A stretch of DNA of 64,000 bases from Sedimentisphaeraceae bacterium JB056. Lineage in GTDB: Bacteria; Planctomycetota; Phycisphaerae; Sedimentisphaerales; Sedimentisphaeraceae. The stretch is from assembly GCA_044440125.1 (NCBI GenBank), contig JBITAJ010000022.1, forward strand, positions 192,001 through 256,000, in the 5' to 3' direction. This document shows, piece by piece, positions 57,401 to 64,000 of the stretch. Position numbers and translations under genes: made by a program. The notes beneath the pieces are model-generated. The model saw nothing but the letters and a program-made list of their open reading frames with translations. It had not been told where the DNA came from and ran no database searches. Position 1 is the first letter of the stretch. Every line of letters begins with the position of its first letter.

Positions 57401-57503
57401 CCGGCTTGCGGAATAACTATATCTTAAATTACAAAGCTAAAATTTCAAACTAAAATCTGAGATTACAAATTTGCAGCTTCAGATATCAGTTTCCGCAAGC
57501 CGG
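57401..57503. repeat. ~100-bp element with terminal inverted repeats enclosing degenerate heptamers
   Basis: CCGGCTTGCGGAA (57401-57413) / TTCCGCAAGCCGG (57491-57503), perfect 13 bp and imperfectly extendable inward. Confidence 0.75.
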
Positions 57504-57520
57504 CACTCTATGCTAAAAAA

Positions 57521-57985
57521 TCAACACTCAATCTCTTTAAATACGCAATTTACAAGATGGGGTATCGCTTCTTTTATCTGTGGTGTAAGCTCGGTACCGC
57601 ATTCGATACTGGCAGGTTTGATACCAACACAAGTAATCTCTTGCGGTCGACAGCCCAGAAGCTTGGTCATCTCAAAAGTATCCTTTATATTGACATCATG
57701 AAGCGAGCCAAGCCATGTTATTTTTGCTTGCTCTATATCATCAAGGGCGAATTTAACTATCGTGCCGGGCTTATAATCGCCTTCTATGGCATCAACCACT
57801 ATCACTTTCTTTCTGTTGGCTATGACATCCAGAAGATCCGCACCTGCCGTTCCACCATCATAGAGTTCAACACCTGAAGGAAGCTCTTTATTCTGCATTT
57901 CATACACAACTTTGACGCCTACTCCTTCATCGCTAAGAAGTATATTTCCTATTCCTAAGACAAGAATGGGGAATTTTTCTGTCAT
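57521..57985 (-). CDS. Hydrogenase maturation endopeptidase (HyaD/HybD family)
   Basis: LGIGNILLSDEGVG, DGGT, VDA and SLHD motifs. Confidence 0.93.
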   Translation of the reverse strand: MTEKFPILVLGIGNILLSDEGVGVKVVYEMQNKELPSGVELYDGGTAGADLLDVIANRKKVIVVDAIEGDYKPGTIVKFALDDIEQAKITWLGSLHDVNIKDTFEMTKLLGCRPQEITCVGIKPASIECGTELTPQIKEAIPHLVNCVFKEIEC

Positions 57986-58009
57986 AGTTCACCTCTTGAT
58001 TTGTTTCAA

Positions 58010-59470
58010 TTACACGCCGCATGGTATCGGCATAACAGTTTCGGCCTTCTTACTGTCAGGCCTGAGCATATGAACCGAACATGCAAGGCATGGATCAAAT
58101 GAGTGTATCACACGAAGAAGCTCTATAGGCTGAGTCATATTGGCAACGGGCGTACCTATCAATGCCTGCTCCATAGCCCCATTATTACCATAATCGTCCA
58201 TAGGTGATGCGTTCCAGGCAGTAGGAGTCAAAATCTGATAATGGGCTATCTTTGCAGAACTATCGGTACTTACCCAGTGTCCGACGGCCCCGCGAGGTGC
58301 TTCTGTCAAGCCAATTCCTGATGCGTTTGCAGCAACATATGTCTTGGTATAACTTGTGACCCCTGCGGAAAGACTGTTAAGCCATCCGTTCATCGCATCA
58401 GCAACCTTTTTTGTCTCATATGCTCTGGCAGCGATTCTATCCATAGCTGATACCCCACCGGTATAATCACCGTTAATCCACATTCTCGCAAGCGGCCCAG
58501 CTTCAAAAACCTTGTTTTCATAACGAGGTGCCTTGATCCATGAATAAGCTCCAGGTTTTTCTGCATAAGTTGTAGTTTGGCCACTGACAGGATTGAGACC
58601 GGAAGGACTGCTGTACTTCGAATAACCGACATACTCTGCGATCTTGGTTATATCAAGCGGCGAATAATTAGAATTACCGCTTGTAGGATTCTCACACTTT
58701 CCACTTCTGAGAAGCTTATTTGAGCCTGTAGAATCCAAATCGAATACGCCGTAAGCTATAAGATTCTTAGATCCTTGGCCAAGTTCAAAATACTCACCAA
58801 AAGCGCCCGCTACAGTAAGAACATCTGGAATGAATACATTATCAATAAAACTCCGCAACTCACTAAGCAAAGCTCTATAAGCCGATATATTGGAACTGGT
58901 CGCTACTTCTGTACATCCGCCAGGAGCAAAGCTTGCACAGCATGGTAACTTACCGCCAAATATAGCTCCCATCTGATGAGCTTTTCGCCTCATCTCTAAT
59001 GCCTGTACGTAGTGATTAACCAACGTTGCAGCAAGATTTCCTTTAACCATATCGGGTGTTACATACCTGTTAGACCATGGAGCAATATCAAGAATACCAG
59101 TAGTATCGATATAATCCAATGCACACAAATGATAAAAATGCAGAATATGGGATTGTAAAAAGTTGGCCCCAAGTACAAGATTTCTAACAATCCTGCCATT
59201 GGCTGGAGGCGTACTATTAAAAGCACCTTCAAGTGCCATTGAACTGGCCATTGCATGAGAAACCGGACAAACACCACAAATCCTCTGTGTTATCTGAACA
59301 GCATCAAAAGCATCATGTCCCTGCAAGATTCTCTCAAAACCGCGAAACATTGTTCCTGAACTTTTGGCGGCTATTACTTTATCCTGACCGTCAACTTTAT
59401 CAACGGTTACTTCTATACTTAGGTGCCCCTCTATTCGGGTTACCGGGTCTATCTTAATTGTTGATGGCAT
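58010..59470 (-). CDS. [NiFe] hydrogenase large subunit, group 1a-like, all-Cys active site
   Basis: DPVTRIEGH; L1 motif RICGVCPVSH; EAPRG; L2 motif DPCLACSVH followed by a cleavable C-terminal extension. Confidence 0.95.
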   Translation of the reverse strand: MPSTIKIDPVTRIEGHLSIEVTVDKVDGQDKVIAAKSSGTMFRGFERILQGHDAFDAVQITQRICGVCPVSHAMASSMALEGAFNSTPPANGRIVRNLVLGANFLQSHILHFYHLCALDYIDTTGILDIAPWSNRYVTPDMVKGNLAATLVNHYVQALEMRRKAHQMGAIFGGKLPCCASFAPGGCTEVATSSNISAYRALLSELRSFIDNVFIPDVLTVAGAFGEYFELGQGSKNLIAYGVFDLDSTGSNKLLRSGKCENPTSGNSNYSPLDITKIAEYVGYSKYSSPSGLNPVSGQTTTYAEKPGAYSWIKAPRYENKVFEAGPLARMWINGDYTGGVSAMDRIAARAYETKKVADAMNGWLNSLSAGVTSYTKTYVAANASGIGLTEAPRGAVGHWVSTDSSAKIAHYQILTPTAWNASPMDDYGNNGAMEQALIGTPVANMTQPIELLRVIHSFDPCLACSVHMLRPDSKKAETVMPIPCGV

Positions 59471-59500
59471 ATATTAATCTCCATTAATTGGTATTTTAGA

Positions 59501-60511
59501 TCAGTCATCTTCTTTATAAAAAGGTGTTTTCCCATCAGGGAATGTCGGCTCGGTACAGCCATGACAAGGAGTTCTTGCCTGCACACACCAGTTTACGCCG
59601 TTAGTTCCCTTAGCAGGACTATTCCATTTCAAAATAGGACAATTGGCTCTGGTACTCTTACCACGGCAACCAACATCCTCAAGACACCCAGATTCACCCA
59701 AATTGTGTGCATCCTCAGTGCTTCTATAAGGACAATGCTGGTGAACAGTATAAGCATAATAGTCCATTGGTCTTCGATTACTGTCAAGAGCAACCGTGTC
59801 GCCATTTAACAACTTAACTACAGTTCCAACAAACCAGTCTGGATGTGCAGGACAACCCGGTATATTTATAACAGTCTTTGATCGTCCCAAATAGGCTAAT
59901 GCATCTGTTACGCTCTTTGCCGCAGTGGGATTTGGGCTGGCGGCTGAAATACCTCCAAAACTGGCACAAGTTCCTATTGATATTATACTATCAGCATTCT
60001 TGCTCAAGATATCAAATGCTTCCAACATCGTAAGATGACTTCCTATATGGCAATAATCTCCGTTAGCATCAGTTGGGATAGCGCCCTCTACGACAAGTAT
60101 ATAGCCCTGAGCAGCCATAAGCGAGAAGTCAATTAAATTGACCTTTGCATCCCCATTGAGATCGTACATATCGTTAGGCTGAGAACTCAGCCAGTTGTCG
60201 CCAATCCCAATCAGCTCTTGCTCTGATGGATGAGGACCTGTTGCGCCCTTAAAGGCAAGGTCACCAGCCGATGCAATCAGAGTGGAATGATATTCCAGAT
60301 TGATCTTGTTAATTAGAAGATCATCTACGGTTGTCAGGTTGACACTGTTGAGCAGTGAAACCGAACATCCGCTGCAGCATTGTCCCTGAAGCCATATAAC
60401 TCTGGGATCTCCGCTACCCGCCAATGCCTTTTCTACAGCAGCAAAAGGCATTGTCATGGCTACACCTGTTGCTGAGGCTAATTTGAGAAATTCACGTCTG
60501 GATAAGCGCAT
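59501..60511 (-). CDS. [NiFe] hydrogenase small subunit (Tat) with a dockerin-like insertion, copy 1
   Basis: SRREFLK; WLQGQCCSGCSVS, VVEGAIP, GTCASFGG, IPGCPAHP, HQHC and NWCV..PCHGC motifs. Confidence 0.93.
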   Translation of the reverse strand: MRLSRREFLKLASATGVAMTMPFAAVEKALAGSGDPRVIWLQGQCCSGCSVSLLNSVNLTTVDDLLINKINLEYHSTLIASAGDLAFKGATGPHPSEQELIGIGDNWLSSQPNDMYDLNGDAKVNLIDFSLMAAQGYILVVEGAIPTDANGDYCHIGSHLTMLEAFDILSKNADSIISIGTCASFGGISAASPNPTAAKSVTDALAYLGRSKTVINIPGCPAHPDWFVGTVVKLLNGDTVALDSNRRPMDYYAYTVHQHCPYRSTEDAHNLGESGCLEDVGCRGKSTRANCPILKWNSPAKGTNGVNWCVQARTPCHGCTEPTFPDGKTPFYKEDD

Positions 60512-60777
60512 TAAAAGTCTCCAAATAAGTTTTAAGAATGATGCTGATCATAGTTGCTGCTCTATTAATTTATTACACACATATAATAACTGAGGGATCA
60601 AGGCTGGAAGTGTTCTCGAAATGACCTGCCTCAACCTGATTAATTCATGGGTTTGTCTTAAATAATGAATAGCTAAATGTTGGATTACTCATAAAAACAC
60701 GTGATATATTCAATCATATTAATAAAACTTAACATAAATATATTATTGTCAGTTAGAAATACGAAACCTATACCACC

Positions 60778-61316
60778 AAGTTCATCGATTTAGTAATATT
60801 TAAGCAATATTTTACAAAAATTTATCAAAAATATCGTTTTTCCGCAAAAAAAAAGACGATCACAAAGTAATATGGTTAATATTGTACATTCTGGCTGGTT
60901 TTTTGGATGAAATTTTTAAAGTAGTAAATTATTTGAAAAGAACTATTATAACTACTGAAATCAAGCTACCGACAGGCATTTTCGAGACAGTAAAAGTTTT
61001 ATTGAATGCAACGCCTATTAGTAAGGCTAATTAGAGAAATTAACGCCTGAATAAACGCATTTTAAACCACCAAATAAGCATTGAAAGGAACTATCAAGCT
61101 GGCAAAAGACCAAACTTTCACATATTTATATAACGAAGTAAATTAAGAAATGATTTCTTTGAAAAATTTATTATTTATATCGGTTTTTAACAAATCTTAT
61201 CTGTATGATAACAACTATCTATTTAAAATATAACTCTTGAAGCCATGCCTTTGATTCATATTTCATACTTCACATACGCAACATCACAAGGTAAGTTCAT
61301 CGATTCAGTAATATTT
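60778..61316. repeat. 24-bp direct repeat pair in the spacer between the small-subunit genes
   Basis: AAGTTCATCGATTTAGTAATATTT (60778-60801) and AAGTTCATCGATTCAGTAATATTT (61293-61316), one mismatch. Confidence 0.8.
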
Positions 61317-61492
61317 TGTCGATTTTTTATAAAAAAAATGATTCAAGACAGCATTTTTTAACCATTTCTTCTAAAACAACAAAATAGACACCCCATATTT
61401 TACATCTTAAGTTTCCATAATAACATTCAAATGTCAATTCTTTGTTTTTTAATTCATACAAGCACCTCTATCCAATCCCAATATGCAAAAAA

Positions 61493-62503
61493 TCAATTCT
61501 CTTTCAGGTAAAATGGACTCTGAGCATCAGGGAATGTAGATTCAGTACACCCAATACAAGGAGTTTTTGCCTGAACGCACCAATTGACCCCCTTTTTACT
61601 CTGCGATGGGCTGTTCCATCTTTGCACGGGACAATTGGCAAATGTACGTTTGCCTTTACAACCTATATCCTCAAGGCATCCGCTTTCGCCTAATGCATTC
61701 GCCTCCCCACTCCCTTTATATGGACAGCGTTCATGCACTATGAGGGAGAAATAATCAAGAGGTCTTTTATTACTGTCAACATAGATGGTTTCACCATTAA
61801 GCAATTTAATGATTGTACCCACAAACCAATCAGGGTGAATAGGGCAACCCGGCACATTGATTACCGTTTTAGTCCTGCCTAAATAAGCCAACGCCTCAGT
61901 TACACTTTGGGCTCCAGTAACATTGGGTTCAGCGGCGGCCATACCGCCAAAGCTTGCACATGTCCCTACAGACACAATACTGTCGGCTTTTTCGCTGAGT
62001 ATATCAAATGCCTCTATCATAGTAAGATCACTTCCTATATGACAATAATCGCCATCAGCTCCAGTTGGGATAGCACCCTCGACGACAAGAATATAGCCTT
62101 GGGCAGCCATCATTGAAAAATCAATAAGATTCACCTTTAAATCAGCGTTAAGATCATAAGAAGACTCTGATTCCTGCTGAAGCCAATTATCGCCTATACC
62201 TACAATCTCCTGTTCGGAAGGATGAGGACCTATTGCTTCCTTAAGAGCAAGATCGCCTGCTGAAGCTATGAGAGTCGAATGATACTCCAGATTGATCTTA
62301 TTAATCAGAAGATCGTCTATGGTAGTAAGGTTCACACTGTTAAGAAGTGAAATTGAACATCCGCTACAGCATTGCCCCTGCAGCCATATAACTCTGGGGT
62401 CACCATTGCCGGCCAATGCCTTTTCTACTGCTGTAAAAGGCATTGCCATGGCAACACCAGTAGCAGAAGCCAGTCTTAAAAATTCACGCCTGGATAAACG
62501 CAT
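61493..62503 (-). CDS. [NiFe] hydrogenase small subunit (Tat) with a dockerin-like insertion, copy 2 (no adjacent large subunit)
   Basis: Same length (336 aa) and the same Fe-S motifs as 59501-60511. Confidence 0.93.
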   Translation of the reverse strand: MRLSRREFLRLASATGVAMAMPFTAVEKALAGNGDPRVIWLQGQCCSGCSISLLNSVNLTTIDDLLINKINLEYHSTLIASAGDLALKEAIGPHPSEQEIVGIGDNWLQQESESSYDLNADLKVNLIDFSMMAAQGYILVVEGAIPTGADGDYCHIGSDLTMIEAFDILSEKADSIVSVGTCASFGGMAAAEPNVTGAQSVTEALAYLGRTKTVINVPGCPIHPDWFVGTIIKLLNGETIYVDSNKRPLDYFSLIVHERCPYKGSGEANALGESGCLEDIGCKGKRTFANCPVQRWNSPSQSKKGVNWCVQAKTPCIGCTESTFPDAQSPFYLKEN

Positions 62504-63248
62504 CAGAGAATCTCCTAATTAATCCAACCTAATTTCATAATGAATAATTAAAACAAAAGAAACTGTAAATTCTGTGAATTAACCAAGAGAAATCACCCAA
62601 AAGATCAAACCTGACTTAATGAACCACAGATAGTACACTACAATATATAATTTTCGCGGTTACTACATATATCAATGAAAAGTGATATCAATTACAATCC
62701 TTACCAAGCTAATTCAATTTAAGTAACCGAATTAGTAGACTTTATCAATAAACTACAATGTATACATAAAAAAAACGCTCCAAAACAAGCTTTACCTAAG
62801 TTTTCCCTATTCCCTGTTCCATATTTTACATTTTTAGTAGAATATTTCAAGTATTATTACAAAAGAGTAAACTTTTGCCGATTAGTGCAAAACCGCAGAA
62901 AGTATATTTCCGGACATACTACACGATCAACTGTAATAGACTGGATAAAAACGGAATACCAGACTTACTCGCAGGAGCCGAAGTTTTTTTTATATATTGA
63001 TTGTCAAATCCTTGCGATTGACCATCAGGAGTGGCATATTAAATCAACACATCTTGAATTACAGAAAATATCCGTCCAAAGACATCTATAATCCATCTAC
63101 AACAAATATCTGAGAATACTTTTCACCGTCAGAATCTTGTACTGTTTTTGTAAAAGCTATCGTATCAGCATTATTAGACCAGATAAGTAAAGTACCTGCA
63201 CACACTATACGTCTCATAACAACATAAGCCTTTCTTCTACAAAAATAG

Positions 63249-64000
63249 CTAATTCAAAGATCTATTCTTGACAGTCCAAACGGTAAGATTAGTTACATCA
63301 ATACTATGTCTTTGTTCATCCCATAACTTTGCTGTAGCAAAGGCAATAACTCCAAATACAACATTAACGGCAACTATCAAACGCACTGATGGTTCAAACA
63401 TCTGCCAATTCTTGTGTATAACTCCGAGGTAATTTGTTATTGCATAAGCATTCAAAACTGCCAGATTAAACATAGACATATTATATTTCTTCCGAGAGAA
63501 TAGAGAAATCTGTAATGCGAAGAATACAAAGCATATCGTCACAACAAGCCCTATAAGATACTTATGGAACATAAAAGAATACTCTTCAGGAATCCATCCT
63601 ACAAGACAAAAGGCAAAGTAGGCGTTAATAATCGTTCCAAGAACCAATGCCGCAATAGTTGCCATTGAGTCAACAATCTTGGTAAATAAAGCAACAAAAA
63701 AGAGTCCAACAAGGCATCCACTAAATATCATGGTAACAACCATGGAAAGCTCAACCATGAAACGCTTAGGAACTCTGTAGAAAACCAGTGCTCCAACCAT
63801 CATGACCAATGACACGATGAATGTAGTTACCAATGAAGACTTAAAATAATATTCCTCTGTTTTATTTGGAGAAATGTGTTTACGGAGAATATCTCCAACA
63901 AAAAGAGTACCACAAATATTGATTGAAGAACTTAAGGAAGACATAGCGGCAGCGGCTACACCTGCGGTAATAAGCCCGGCAATACCAATAGGAGCCTTCT
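63249..64000 (-). CDS. Sodium:solute symporter family transporter, C-terminal part; the start lies beyond the window
   Basis: The frame stays open to the edge: KAPIGIAGLITAGVAAAAMSSLSSSIN, the SSS signature segment. Confidence 0.85.
   Translation of the reverse strand, partial: KAPIGIAGLITAGVAAAAMSSLSSSINICGTLFVGDILRKHISPNKTEEYYFKSSLVTTFIVSLVMMVGALVFYRVPKRFMVELSMVVTMIFSGCLVGLFFVALFTKIVDSMATIAALVLGTIINAYFAFCLVGWIPEEYSFMFHKYLIGLVVTICFVFFALQISLFSRKKYNMSMFNLAVLNAYAITNYLGVIHKNWQMFEPSVRLIVAVNVVFGVIAFATAKLWDEQRHSIDVTNLTVWTVKNRSLN

Noticed and set aside
58060..58110. Selenocysteine-containing [NiFeSe] hydrogenase
   Set aside because: The L2 motif is encoded with Cys codons and the ORF has no in-frame TGA
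60360..60385. O2-tolerant group 1d proximal [4Fe-3S] signature
   Set aside because: That signature is CxCC; here the motif is CCSGC and the rest of the protein is group 1a-like
60512..61492. CRISPR array or riboswitch in the long AT-rich spacer
   Set aside because: Only two repeat copies, 515 bp apart, with no regular spacers or cas genes; no riboswitch consensus I can recognise

Overview
Bacterial chromosomal window with almost all genes on the minus strand. It is probably from an anaerobic planctomycete (Phycisphaerae/Sedimentisphaerales-like); this is inferred from the prepilin-type '[10 protein letters not shown]' proteins and the many 'D-x-N-x-D-x-x-V-x-x-x-D...WL' dockerin-like repeats. 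There are three blocks. (1) 1-8.5 kb: GT2, a GT-C-like membrane protein, an aminotransferase, tRNA-Lys(CTT) and a large dockerin/FGE-like protein. (2) 8.6-33.8 kb: a GntR-headed glycan-utilisation locus with a GH38 alpha-mannosidase, three GxGYxYP-family paralogs, two Tat sulfatases, an SSS transporter, a prepilin-like protein, a CBM-repeat protein and a UroD-like protein. (3) 34.1-62.5 kb: a redox island with system II cytochrome c maturation (CcsA/ResB), a 10-heme OTR-like cytochrome, a subtilase, three two-domain multicopper-oxidase proteins, a 1713-aa surface protein, hypABCDEF, a maturation protease and a group-1a-like [NiFe] hydrogenase with two small-subunit genes. The most striking signal is that dockerin-like modules are inserted inside both hydrogenase small subunits and inside the multiheme cytochrome, and are appended to the MCO, subtilase and giant protein. 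This suggests a cellulosome-style tethered extracytoplasmic redox assembly. The three MCO genes also carry complementary copper-ligand sets, consistent with a split hetero-oligomeric oxidase. No CRISPR array, integrase or transposase was recognised. All family calls come from motif reading, not database searches.
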